Source of the DNA: an uncultured Nitrososphaerota archaeon
GTDB lineage: Archaea; Korarchaeota; Korarchaeia; Korarchaeales; Korarchaeaceae
DNA length: 64,000 nt
Reading direction: 5' to 3'
Assembly (NCBI GenBank): GCA_964594835.1
Contig: CAZQNA010000006.1
Span: forward strand, 64,001-128,000
Shown here in pieces: positions 35,754 through 45,152 of this stretch. Position 1 is the first letter of the stretch. Each line of letters opens with the position of its first letter. The position numbers were made by a program, and so were the translations under genes. The notes below the pieces were generated by a model, which saw only the letters and a program-made list of their open reading frames with translations, ran no database searches and was not told where the DNA came from.

Positions 35754-36398
35754 ATGGGGTCGACCGAGTTCAAGTCCAAGGAGGAGGCCAAGAGGGCCCT
35801 TGACCAGCTCGACGAGGAGCTCATAGAGGGCAAGATCAGCGAGGAGGAGTACCGCAGGAGGAAGGCCGACATCGAGAGGCAGATCGAGATCATGGAGCTC
35901 GAAGACATGCTCATAGAGGGCAAGATAACCGAGGAGGAGTACAGGAGAGCCAAGGCCTCCCTGCTGGGGAAGGCCGAGCCGGTCGAGGCCGTGTCGCCCG
36001 AAGGGGTGTCGGAAGTCGCGAGGAAGATCTCTCAAATGGCGTCGAAACTCTCCGAGATCAGGGAGAAGAGGGAGAAGCTGAGGGACCTCCTCATATCCAA
36101 GGAGATATCCGAGGCCACGTTCCAGAAGCTTGACTCCGAGTACGAGGAGAAGGAGAAGTCCCTTGAGCTCAAGGTGAAGGAGCTCGAGGAGGAGTCCAGG
36201 GAGAGGCTGAAGGAGATCGAACAGAAGCTGGAGGAGATCAAGCTGATGAGGGAGGAGATGAAGGCCAGGCACCTCCTGGGGGAGATCCCGAAGTCGGAGT
36301 ACGAGTCCAAGGACGGAGAGCTGGCCTCTCAGGCCGAGAGGCTGGAGGCGGAGAGGGAGAGCATATCCTCCGCCCTGAAGGCCGTCGGTCTGGAGTGA
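35754..36398 (+). CDS. CdvA-like coiled-coil protein with two extra N-terminal GKISEEEY modules
   Basis: KLRDLLISKEISEATFQKL...RLKEIE...MKARHLLGEIPKSEY...ERESI follows the CdvA coiled-coil pattern as I recall it; no PRC barrel. Confidence 0.7.
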   Translation: MGSTEFKSKEEAKRALDQLDEELIEGKISEEEYRRRKADIERQIEIMELEDMLIEGKITEEEYRRAKASLLGKAEPVEAVSPEGVSEVARKISQMASKLSEIREKREKLRDLLISKEISEATFQKLDSEYEEKEKSLELKVKELEEESRERLKEIEQKLEEIKLMREEMKARHLLGEIPKSEYESKDGELASQAERLEAERESISSALKAVGLE

Positions 36399-36479
36399 CC
36401 GGATCATCTGCGATAGGATCTGGGGCTGAGGCGGCTTCCACGCGTGGAGGCGGGCGAGGGACGCGGTCTAGGCCGAGGG

Positions 36480-37688
36480 TCACCACCTCCTCCCGTCTCC
36501 GGTGAAGGGTCTGAAGGTTATCTTGTCCCTCTCCCTGATTATCTGCCTCAGGAGCCTTCTGGCCCTCTCCGGGGGCAGGTTGAGGAAGAGCGCTGCGAGG
36601 TGCTTGCAGAACATCTTCTTCTGGGACTGCCTCGACCAGTCGGCGCAGTCGTGGAGGATCACCCCCTGCCGGAGGTCTATCGTCACGTCGTAGCCCCTCA
36701 CCCTGGCCATCAGGATGTCCCCCCTGTCCGTCAGGACCTCCACCTGGCTGGCCGGCATCTCGATGGCCCTCTCAAGTCTCCTCTCATCTGTGATGGACCT
36801 GAGGAGCCCGAGAACCTCTTCCCTCCCCCTCGGAACCTCCTCGCGGACCTGCGGCCCGCCGATGAAGCCCTCTAGTGAGGTCGGGGCCCTCGATGCGATC
36901 TCCTCCCTCCAGGCCCTGATCCTCTTGAGGGCCTCCTCCTGCCGGGAGTCTGCCGCCCCCAGGATCTTCAGCATCAGGATGGCGTTCTCCGGGGCATACG
37001 CGTGGTAGTGGTTGTTGAAGTAGCCGTAGACCCTCTTCGCCGAGGAGGCCGCCTCCTCGACGGCCCTGGCCCAGGGCCTCAGCTCATCCTCAGAGTAGAG
37101 GTAGTTGTACGGGACCTTCTCTCCCCTCCCGTGCCACCTGAAGTAGCCCACGTCCGACGTGACCACGGCCCTGGGAGGGGCGCCTCCCCAGTCCGACACG
37201 ACGTACGCCGCGCCGGCGGACTCCATCATCCTGAGGACCCTCGGGTCGTCCCAGCTCGGGTGCCTGAACTCGAGGGCGAGGGTGGCCCACTCAGGGGCGA
37301 GCGAGAGGAGGTGCTCCAGCCTGTCCGGCTTGGCCCTGAAGCTTGGCGGGAGCTGGACGAGGATCGGGCCCAGCTTTCCGGCGGAGCGGAGGGGCTCCAG
37401 AGAGTCGAAGAAGAGCTCCAAGTCCGCCTTGATCCCCCTGTCGAGCCTGAGCCTCTTCCTGTGGGTCACGTCCCTCAGCATCTTGACCGAGAAGTCGAAG
37501 CCCTCCGGCGTGACCCTGGCCATGCCCGCCAGGGTCTCGGCATCGAGGATCTGGTAGAAGGTGGAGTTGACCTCGGTGGTGTTGAACAGCCTCGAGTAGA
37601 GCGTGAGCCTGGCCCCTCCTGACCTGGGATAGAAGGGGCCGACCCAGTCGGCGTAGTCCCACCCGGAGGTTCCTATCCTCAGGTCCAA
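36480..37688 (-). CDS. DUF72 (YecE-like TIM barrel) fused to a C-terminal SWIM zinc finger
   Basis: IGTSGW, EVNSTFY, QLPPSF, EFRH, RWHG, YFNN; HDC.DW......FCKH. Real start is probably the TTG at 37688. Confidence 0.88.
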   Translation of the reverse strand: MDLRIGTSGWDYADWVGPFYPRSGGARLTLYSRLFNTTEVNSTFYQILDAETLAGMARVTPEGFDFSVKMLRDVTHRKRLRLDRGIKADLELFFDSLEPLRSAGKLGPILVQLPPSFRAKPDRLEHLLSLAPEWATLALEFRHPSWDDPRVLRMMESAGAAYVVSDWGGAPPRAVVTSDVGYFRWHGRGEKVPYNYLYSEDELRPWARAVEEAASSAKRVYGYFNNHYHAYAPENAILMLKILGAADSRQEEALKRIRAWREEIASRAPTSLEGFIGGPQVREEVPRGREEVLGLLRSITDERRLERAIEMPASQVEVLTDRGDILMARVRGYDVTIDLRQGVILHDCADWSRQSQKKMFCKHLAALFLNLPPERARRLLRQIIRERDKITFRPFTGDGRRW

Positions 37689-37813
37689 GGACCCTGCCCG
37701 AGTGTGGGACCCGCCGGTAAAATTAACGGCTTCTCGGCCCCCGCATCGGCCGAAGGTTGGAGGCCATCGACTCATCCGGCTGGCCCGGGGGCGGGCAAGA
37801 TCGCCTTGGGGGC

Positions 37814-38089
37814 CTACCTCAAGAGATCCTCCCAGCCCATGGGCACGATCCCCCTCTCTATCGCCCGCCTGGCAGCGGCGATCGCCCACTCCGGGGGCCG
37901 CCTCTCGGCCCGCCCCACCCTCAGGCCGCAGCCGGAGCAGTACTCGGCCCCCACCATCCTCCCCAGGATGCGGTGAACGCCGAGGGAGCAGTGCCCCCTG
38001 GGCTCTCCCCCTCCGCTCGACCCCCTCGCAAAGACCTGGAACCAGCGGCAGTCCACGCCAGACCCCTCTGCCGCGGGGCTCGTCGCCAT
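37814..38089 (-). CDS. Small Cys-rich hypothetical protein
   Basis: GGAGGTG SD 6 nt before the ATG; C..F...HC...H...CSGC. Confidence 0.6.
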   Translation of the reverse strand: MATSPAAEGSGVDCRWFQVFARGSSGGGEPRGHCSLGVHRILGRMVGAEYCSGCGLRVGRAERRPPEWAIAAARRAIERGIVPMGWEDLLR

Positions 38090-38189
38090 GCGACTCACCT
38101 CCCCGGGAGGGTCCACCGACCCTGCCCCGGAGCCAATATAACCATGCCACCACCACGAACGTTTAACCGGTCTGGGGGAGGCGCTCCGG

Positions 38190-39089
38190 GTGGGGGAGCG
38201 GGGTACGGCGGGGAGGGCCGAGCCCGACGCGGCGCTCGTCAGGTCTCACTACTCCAGACCCGACGTCAGGCGGGAGATCCGGGAGTTCTGCCGCGGGAGG
38301 TGGGTGGCCGCCTGGCTGACGGACGGCAGGGTGGTCAGGTGGCTCGGGAGGAGGCCTGCCACCGCCAGCCCCAAAGACCTCGACCTCCTAATCTCTGGTC
38401 GGGCGGGGTCTCCCGTGAGGAGCATCTACGCCACCGCCGAGCGGTACGCCAGGCTTCGCCGGAGGGAGGACGTCTACGACCCGGGCAACGTCCTGGAGGT
38501 GACCCCCTTCTGGGACGTGGACAACGACCCCGGGAGTTGGAGGGCGACCGTGGAGGCAGCCAGGGCCCTGGTCGAGGCCCTGGGGACCCTGGGGGTGGTG
38601 AGGTCCGTCTACGTGGTTTGGAGCGGCAGGGGAATGCACGTGAGGGTGCACGAGGGGGCCATATCCCGGGAGGTCAGGGAGAGGGTCGGCCCGCTGGACG
38701 CGGCTTGGGCCCTCGTGGAGCGGGTCAGGCTGAGGGTGGCGGGGAGGATCGAGGAGCTCAGGTCGGAGTTCGGGGCCCACGGCCTGAGGGTCGACAACGA
38801 GGTCAAGCCCAGGGGGCTGCTCTCCGTCCCGCTCAGCCTGCACAGGAGCGTGGACGCCGTCGTCGTGTGCCTGTCCCCCGATCAGCTCGACTACTTCGAC
38901 CCGTCCTGGTCCGACCCCTCTAACTTCAGGTCCTCCGACTCGTGGAGGAGGTTCGACCCGGGGGAGGCCGACTCGGCCGTTTTAGAGGCGGTTGAGCTGC
39001 ACGGCCGATACCCGGGGCCGCGAACGCCCAGGAGAAGGAGGAGGGAGCCGCCGGTCGACGAGATGCTAAGGAGGTGGCTGGGCGGGTGA
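38190..39089 (+). CDS. Stand-alone archaeo-eukaryotic primase/polymerase (AEP) superfamily protein
   Basis: WDVD (motif I), SGRGMHV (motif II), VD...R...P.SLH (motif III). Confidence 0.75.
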   Translation: MGERGTAGRAEPDAALVRSHYSRPDVRREIREFCRGRWVAAWLTDGRVVRWLGRRPATASPKDLDLLISGRAGSPVRSIYATAERYARLRRREDVYDPGNVLEVTPFWDVDNDPGSWRATVEAARALVEALGTLGVVRSVYVVWSGRGMHVRVHEGAISREVRERVGPLDAAWALVERVRLRVAGRIEELRSEFGAHGLRVDNEVKPRGLLSVPLSLHRSVDAVVVCLSPDQLDYFDPSWSDPSNFRSSDSWRRFDPGEADSAVLEAVELHGRYPGPRTPRRRRREPPVDEMLRRWLGG

Positions 39090-39131
39090 GCGACGTCCCG
39101 CCCAGGGTGCCCGTGCGGCGGGGTGGGGGCC

Positions 39132-39497
39132 ATGCCGGACCTCAGCGAGGAGGAGAAGGCCAGGGTGGTAGAGCTCATACTCGACGGGAGGGTGGAGGAG
39201 GCCCTGAGGATCGTGTGTGAGGCCCACGGGAGGTCCCCGCCCAAGATCAGGGTGGGAAGGGTCAAGGGGCACTCCAGGTCCCTGGCCGTGTACGAGCCCA
39301 GGTCCGAGACGATCTACCTCTCCGACGGATCCCTGCTGAGGAACCCGTTCGTCATCCTGCACGAGCTGTACCACCACCTGAGAATGTTCGCGGGCAGGCA
39401 CCGGGGCACTGAGAAGCACGCGGACAGGTTTGCGCTCTCCTTCCTGTCAGCGCACAGGACCCTCGGGCACAAATCCGGAAAAAATATTGATGAGTAG
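39132..39497 (+). CDS. Small HExxH zinc metallopeptidase (IrrE/ImmA- or SprT-like)
   Basis: ILHELYHH...EKHADRFA. Confidence 0.7.
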   Translation: MPDLSEEEKARVVELILDGRVEEALRIVCEAHGRSPPKIRVGRVKGHSRSLAVYEPRSETIYLSDGSLLRNPFVILHELYHHLRMFAGRHRGTEKHADRFALSFLSAHRTLGHKSGKNIDE

Positions 39498-39561
39498 CGG
39501 GGTCCACCTCGGGAGAATCGCTTAAAACTATGGGTACCCCGGGAGATTAGAGGAGATCGAG

Positions 39562-42500
39562 CTGAGGAGGCGCGCCGCTCTCATTCTCCTCGCCCTGATG
39601 ATCGCTGTGACCTCCCGCGCGGTCGCGCAGGGAGAGTACCCTGTCGGACATCCCATCAGGCTCGTCGTCACAATCGAGAATCCCGCTGAGACCACGCAGT
39701 CCTACACGGCCGTACTCTTGGTGAACGGGTCCCCGGTCGACTCCACAAACCTGATCGTCCCCGGGGGGTCGACGAGAGAGGCGGAACTTTCCTGGACGCC
39801 CACGAGTCCCGGGACCTACGAGCTCAAGGTCGTCGTGCAGGACGAGTCGGGCGCCGAGGTCAAGGTCGAGACCTACAGGGTGGAGGTCGTTCCACCGCCC
39901 AGGCCTGACCTCTCGCTCCTGAACCTCACCCTCTCCGGACCCCTTGAACCGGGCGGGTCTGTCGAGGTCAGAGCAACCGTGGCCAATCTGGGAGACGCCG
40001 AGTCTCCCCCCACGGAGATGCTGGTTGTGGAGTTTCCGACCGACAGGGTCATCTACTCCGAGGAGGTCGGCCCGCTCCGGCCGGGCGAGGAGGCGGTGAT
40101 CTCCTTCGAGTACACCGCCCCCGCGGAGCCCGGGGACTACTCTCTCGTGGTCATTCTGGATCCCGAGAACGCCGTTGAGGAGAGCGACGAGGAGAACACG
40201 TTCGAGTTCGGGATCTCCGTACCTCCCGCCCCAGCTCCCTCTCCGACTGAGGTCCCACCAACGGAGAGCCCCACGCCCACGCCCCCGCCCTCCGAGACCG
40301 GAGCCCCCACGGAGACCCCGACGTCCTCCACGCCACCGCCCTCCTCGCCGACGCAGGCCCCCCCGACCACACCTCCAACAGAGCGGGGGCTGGAGAGGTA
40401 CGCCTACGCCGTCGGGCTCCTGACCGCGGTCGCCCTCCTCCTCTACGGTGGGATGAGGCTCGGCGGGATCAGAGACCCATGCAGGGACATGGGATCTCTC
40501 AGGACGGCCCTGGACCTCGCCAGAAAGGCGAAGTCGAGACTCCTGGACGATCTGGAAAGGGTGAGAGAGGAGGCGGAGCAGATCTCTCGACAGATATCCC
40601 AGCTTGAGAAGGAGGCTGGCTCTGCCCAGGAGAGGCTGGCGTCGATGTGGAAGGAGCGCGACCAGCTCCGGCTGGGGCGCGCCTACCGCTCGTATGCCGC
40701 GATCGTGGGAAAGGGGCGCGCGATCGTTCGGGTCCATGATAAGCTCAAGAGGCTGACCGAGCTGGAGGAAGAGATCAAGGAGCTGGAGGAGAGTCTCGCC
40801 CGGACGAGGGCGGAGATACTGGAGAAGGAATCGGCCTTGAACGAGAAGGTCCGCGAGGTGGACGCCCTCTGGTCGCTGCTGGAGGAGGCCAACCGGCGGC
40901 TGGCCGAGGTGAACGACCTCATCTACCAGTGCCTCCTGAAGAAGAGGGGTCCGTGCTACGATCTAGACCTGCTCAGATCCAGGGTTGCCGAGCTGGAGAG
41001 GGAGCTCGAGGCCCTGAAGGCGCTGGCCTCCCTCTCGGAGGCGGACGCCGAGAGGATCGACCGCTTCATCAGGCAGACTGAGGCCGAGATTGCGTCCCAG
41101 CTGAAGATGGCAGAGTTCTGGGAGTCCGAGGCCAGGAGGATGGCCGAGGGGAAGCCGAAAGTGAGGATAAGCGTGTCAGGGGGTCCAGAGTTTACCGACA
41201 TCGACTTCAGGCTGATCGAGATTGAGAGGGGCCGGCTTGTAGCTCAGTTCGCCCGAGGGGAGATTTCCGAATCGGAGTTCATTCAGGCCTACGAGTCCCT
41301 GAGCCACCCGACCGAGGAGGTCGTCCAGAGGCTGAGGAAGAAGGCCCGCGACGTCGCCTCAAAGCTGGAGGACCGAGCGAGGGAGGCGAGGGAGAGGGCA
41401 AAATCTCTGGAGACCCAGTTACCAGAACTGAAAAGGGCTAAAGAGTCCGCAGAGGCCAGGACGGAGGCCCTGCGCGGCAAGATTCGCAGCCTCTCCGAGT
41501 CCGTTGAGGAGGCCAGGAAGAGGCTAGAGAAGTGCGAGAAAAAGGTCAGAGACTGCCTCTCAAATCTCGTCACACTCAGGGAGGAGATAAGGTGGGCACT
41601 CAACTCCTACGAGCAGAGGAGGGCCAGGCTGATCGAGGAAGCCAGGCGGGAGATAGAGGCGGTGAACAGAGCGGTCGATGAGGTCCCCGAGCTGGTGGGC
41701 AGGATACAGAGGCTGGCCATCGAGATAAAGGAGAAGGTCGACAAGATAAGGCCGGTCCTCAAGCTGGAGGAGCTGAGCCCGAAGTTCCAGGAGATACTGG
41801 AGGAGGACTGGAACGCGTTCACCTACGGCAAGACGGGCGCGAGCATAGTCAAGAACGTCACGCAGCTCCTGAAGGACATCGGCGCAAAGGCCGACTCGAT
41901 CCTCCCGGATCCGTCCGACTATCTGGAGCCGGCGGTCAAGGGGGTCGCCTTCGTGTACAGGGCGGCAGGCGTGCTCCTGAGCCCCACGGATGCGGGGGCA
42001 TGGCTCTACAGGGAGATGAGGAGGTGGGCGAGGGAGCACAAGGTCCCCTCCGACGAGGAGATCGAAGAAGTGCTCGAGGCCGCCGAGAGGTTCGTGAACG
42101 CCTGGTCGAGCTGGAGGTCCGCCGCCAGGCAGGCCCTCGAATCCCTCCAAGACTACCTGACTGAGGTCAGTAACGGCCAGGACGTGTTGGAGGAGTGGAA
42201 GAGGTTCCTTGAGTGCCTCGAGAACCTCCCGGCCACCCTCCTGGATGAGAGAGAGGCGGCAAACCTCACGAGGCTCATGAAGGACTCTACGTCCGCATCC
42301 ACCCTCGGTGACTGCGAGAAGTACGCCCGCCTCCTTGGCGAGAAGCTTCGAGAGATAGGGGACAGGTCAAAGGAACTCTTCGACAGGTGTGAGGAGCCTA
42401 GCTATCGACCCAGCGGGGGGATAGAGGCGACCAGGCAGGCCCTCGTCCAGGCGGCCAAGAGGCTGGAGGAGATCTCGAGGGATCTCCAGAGGTACCTGGA

Positions 42501-42579
42501 CAGCGTTGGGAGCTTCCTACAGAGCGTGAAGGAGAGCATCCCGGGGTTCATCAGGGCCCTCTTCCGACTGCTCTCCTGA
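39562..42579 (+). CDS. Membrane protein: signal peptide, two CARDB/Ig-like domains, Pro/Thr linker, TM, about 700-aa coiled-coil tail (probable CTG start)
   Basis: PDLSL...V.N.G...DPENAVEESDEENT (CARDB); heptad-rich tail. Confidence 0.82.
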   Translation: MRRRAALILLALMIAVTSRAVAQGEYPVGHPIRLVVTIENPAETTQSYTAVLLVNGSPVDSTNLIVPGGSTREAELSWTPTSPGTYELKVVVQDESGAEVKVETYRVEVVPPPRPDLSLLNLTLSGPLEPGGSVEVRATVANLGDAESPPTEMLVVEFPTDRVIYSEEVGPLRPGEEAVISFEYTAPAEPGDYSLVVILDPENAVEESDEENTFEFGISVPPAPAPSPTEVPPTESPTPTPPPSETGAPTETPTSSTPPPSSPTQAPPTTPPTERGLERYAYAVGLLTAVALLLYGGMRLGGIRDPCRDMGSLRTALDLARKAKSRLLDDLERVREEAEQISRQISQLEKEAGSAQERLASMWKERDQLRLGRAYRSYAAIVGKGRAIVRVHDKLKRLTELEEEIKELEESLARTRAEILEKESALNEKVREVDALWSLLEEANRRLAEVNDLIYQCLLKKRGPCYDLDLLRSRVAELERELEALKALASLSEADAERIDRFIRQTEAEIASQLKMAEFWESEARRMAEGKPKVRISVSGGPEFTDIDFRLIEIERGRLVAQFARGEISESEFIQAYESLSHPTEEVVQRLRKKARDVASKLEDRAREARERAKSLETQLPELKRAKESAEARTEALRGKIRSLSESVEEARKRLEKCEKKVRDCLSNLVTLREEIRWALNSYEQRRARLIEEARREIEAVNRAVDEVPELVGRIQRLAIEIKEKVDKIRPVLKLEELSPKFQEILEEDWNAFTYGKTGASIVKNVTQLLKDIGAKADSILPDPSDYLEPAVKGVAFVYRAAGVLLSPTDAGAWLYREMRRWAREHKVPSDEEIEEVLEAAERFVNAWSSWRSAARQALESLQDYLTEVSNGQDVLEEWKRFLECLENLPATLLDEREAANLTRLMKDSTSASTLGDCEKYARLLGEKLREIGDRSKELFDRCEEPSYRPSGGIEATRQALVQAAKRLEEISRDLQRYLDSVGSFLQSVKESIPGFIRALFRLLS

Positions 42580-42596
42580 GGACCGGGGGCCGGGAC

Positions 42597-43466
42597 TCAG
42601 TCCAGCTCGACCCCCACCAGGCCCCTCAGGATCACCCCGAAGGCGAAGGACAGCGCCGCGACCCCGAAGCTTATCGCGACCGCCTCGGCGAATCTCCTCC
42701 AGAAGGGCGTCTCCCTGACCACCGAGACGAAGAACGTGAAGACCAGGATCACGACAAGCGCGTCGAACAGCGCCAGGGCCAGCGCCGCCATGTAGCTGGA
42801 GAGCGCGAAGAATGGGGCCACCAGGACGAAGACCGTCGTCACGTAGGCCGCGCCGGTGTACAGGGCGGCCTTCCCCGGATTCTCGGCGCCCTCCGACTTC
42901 TGAGAGAGGTACTCAGAGGCGGCCATGGAGAGCGAGGCGGCTATTCCGGTTATCGCCCCGGCCACGGCCACCAGCTTCGTGTTCTGGAGAGTCATGCTCA
43001 GCCCCGCCACGGCGCCGGTGAGCTCCACCAGGGCGTCGTTGAGGCCTAGGACCATCGATCCTATGTACTGGAGCCTCTCCTCCCTGATCAGCCTCACAAG
43101 CTCCTGCTCGTGCCTCTCCTCGTCCTCGAGAACCGGCTTCGCCTCCGGCACGGCCTCCAGGACTCTAGAGTAGCTCTCCTGGGCCCCCTCCTCTCCGCGC
43201 TCCATCAGCTTGAGGGCGAACGTTATCCCCAGCAGGCGCGCCATCAGGAGATAGAGGAGGAGCTTGAGGCGGTTGGGGCCCACGTCGACCCCCGTGTACC
43301 TCCTCCAGAACTCGTAGTGCTCCAGCTCGTCCCGCCCGATCCTCTCCAGGATATCCCTGTTCTCACCGCGCTGGAGCTTGGCTAGCCTCAGGTAGACGTG
43401 ATGCTCGGTTATCTCGTTCCTCTGGAAGCTCAAGATGAGCCTCCTGAGGTCTCCCGGGAGGGGCAT
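42597..43466 (-). CDS. Rubrerythrin/ferritin-like domain fused to a VIT1/CCC1 transporter
   Basis: E...Y..LA, DE.EH, DEERHE di-iron motifs; VLGLNDAL, SMAASEYLS. Confidence 0.9.
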   Translation of the reverse strand: MPLPGDLRRLILSFQRNEITEHHVYLRLAKLQRGENRDILERIGRDELEHYEFWRRYTGVDVGPNRLKLLLYLLMARLLGITFALKLMERGEEGAQESYSRVLEAVPEAKPVLEDEERHEQELVRLIREERLQYIGSMVLGLNDALVELTGAVAGLSMTLQNTKLVAVAGAITGIAASLSMAASEYLSQKSEGAENPGKAALYTGAAYVTTVFVLVAPFFALSSYMAALALALFDALVVILVFTFFVSVVRETPFWRRFAEAVAISFGVAALSFAFGVILRGLVGVELD

Positions 43467-43555
43467 CTCCCTCCCCCGCCCGGGGACCGGTAAAAGGCGT
43501 CGGGATTTCCCACTCAACATTTAATTCCCACAAGGGGTATTATGAATGATACGGG

Positions 43556-43801
43556 ATGGAGGTGGTGGCGACCGTCGACGATAGGGGGAGGGTGACGCTG
43601 CCCAAGGAGTTCAGAGAGGCCCTCGGCATCCGGAGGAGGGTCAAGATCAGGAAGGAGGGTGAGAGGATAGTGATAGAGCCGGCCGACCCCGTGTCAAGGA
43701 GGTTCTACGGCGCCTTCAGGGCCGAGGTCCCGGAGGACCTGGACGGGATCGTGGTGGAGGCGGTGGCGGCGTGGTGGAGGAGAGGTCGTACGTCGACGTG
43801 A
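43556..43801 (+). CDS. AbrB/MazE-family antitoxin
   Basis: VDDRGRVTLPKEFREALGI. Confidence 0.88.
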   Translation: MEVVATVDDRGRVTLPKEFREALGIRRRVKIRKEGERIVIEPADPVSRRFYGAFRAEVPEDLDGIVVEAVAAWWRRGRTST

Positions 43802-44181
43802 ACGTGTTCGTCTACTGGCTCACCGCGGACCCGAGGTTCGGGGAGAGGGCCCTCAGGTGGATCGAGAGGGTGGAGGAGGATCCGAGGTCGTACGCGACGT
43901 CGGCCCTGACCCTCTGGGAGGTCCCAGTCATCCTGGCCGGCATCCTGGGCTCGACGCTGCGGGATCCCGACCTGGCGACCCGGGCGGTCAGGGCCGTGGT
44001 GGAGACGGGGGTGACGGTGGTGGAGCTGAGGAGGGAGGACTACCTGAGGGCCCTGGAGTTCGTCCTCCGGGGGGCCGACCTAGAGGACGCGATACACCTA
44101 GCCTCGGCCCTCCGGGCCGGCTGCACCAGGGTGGTTTCCAACGACAGGGACTTCGAGAGGTTCATCCGGAGGGTCTTCTAG
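43771..44181 (+). CDS. vapC: VapC-type PIN toxin
   Basis: YVDVNVFVY, E, DAIHLASA and SNDRDF motifs. Confidence 0.88.
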   Translation: MVEERSYVDVNVFVYWLTADPRFGERALRWIERVEEDPRSYATSALTLWEVPVILAGILGSTLRDPDLATRAVRAVVETGVTVVELRREDYLRALEFVLRGADLEDAIHLASALRAGCTRVVSNDRDFERFIRRVF

Positions 44182-44229
44182 ATCCGGGGATTGAGGTCCG
44201 CTTTTTACGGGCGGGGGGCCGATCGCGCG

Positions 44230-45150
44230 ATGGCGCGGGTGGAGCTGGCATCCCTCCGGCACGTGGGGGGAATAGTCGAGGTGCACCGCTCCGACATCGA
44301 GTCGCCCAGGCAGTGGACCGAGGGGGGCTGGAGGGAGGCCTCCCCCGGGGAACTGGATCCCTGCCAGTGGACTCTGAACGGCGGACCGTGGATGAGCGTT
44401 GAGACCTGCGCGATACACGTCAACAACCTCCTCCTGGCGGGTCAGACCCCGCTGGTGGCCCTGGAGGGGGACCGAGTCGTGGGTGAGGCCGAGGTGATCC
44501 TGGGGGAAGAGGGTGGGAGGAGGGGCCTCGTGGCTCACCTCAGCGTGATAGAGGTGCACAGGGACTTCAGGGGGAGGGGGGTGGGCAGGTCCCTCGTCGA
44601 GTCAGCCCTGGCGGTCGCCAGGGACCGCGGCGTTGAGGCGGTGACGGTCGTCCCGGAGGAGGACGCGAAGGGTTTCTACCGGGCCACGGGCTTCTGCCCG
44701 GCAGAGCGGTGGGCGGAGATCACAGCATCCCCCGGAGACCTCCCGGAGGTCGCGATGGAGGCCGAGCTGTTCTCGCCGTCCCTGGAAGATTTCGAGGGGA
44801 TGGAGCTCGTGGTCGGGAGGTACCAGAGCGGCCTGAACATCGCCCTCAACGTCCTGGAGGAGTTCGCCGGGTGCGACGCGCTCGGGGCCGGACGATCCTG
44901 GAGGGGCGTCGCGGAGGGGGTGGAGTTCATCGCCCACGTCTGGGACGCCCCCTTCCTCGGGGAGCCCGTGGCGTACGTCTGGACCGCAGCGTCCCCCGGG
45001 AGGCCCCTCGAGCTGGAGTCCAGGGTGGCCCTCTCAGCCGTCCTCACCCTGGCAGGCCGTCGAGTCCGGACCCTCATCCCCGAGGGGCTGGCCGGTGAGC
45101 TCGGGCTTTCCGGACGCGGGGCAGTCGAGTTCTGGGCTCGGGGGGTGTAG
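44230..45150 (+). CDS. GNAT acetyltransferase with a C-terminal extension
   Basis: VHRDFRGRGVGRSL and AKGFYRATGF motifs. Confidence 0.8.
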   Translation: MARVELASLRHVGGIVEVHRSDIESPRQWTEGGWREASPGELDPCQWTLNGGPWMSVETCAIHVNNLLLAGQTPLVALEGDRVVGEAEVILGEEGGRRGLVAHLSVIEVHRDFRGRGVGRSLVESALAVARDRGVEAVTVVPEEDAKGFYRATGFCPAERWAEITASPGDLPEVAMEAELFSPSLEDFEGMELVVGRYQSGLNIALNVLEEFAGCDALGAGRSWRGVAEGVEFIAHVWDAPFLGEPVAYVWTAASPGRPLELESRVALSAVLTLAGRRVRTLIPEGLAGELGLSGRGAVEFWARGV

Positions 45151-45152
45151 GC

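Noticed and set aside
37689-38156. N-terminal 156 aa of the 558-aa ORF-track call
   Set aside because: Low-complexity read-through that overlaps a better gene with an SD (37814-38089). DUF72 homology starts at about 37688.
39598-42579. SMC/Rad50 ATPase
   Set aside because: No Walker A/B or signature motif, and it has a signal peptide and a TM helix.
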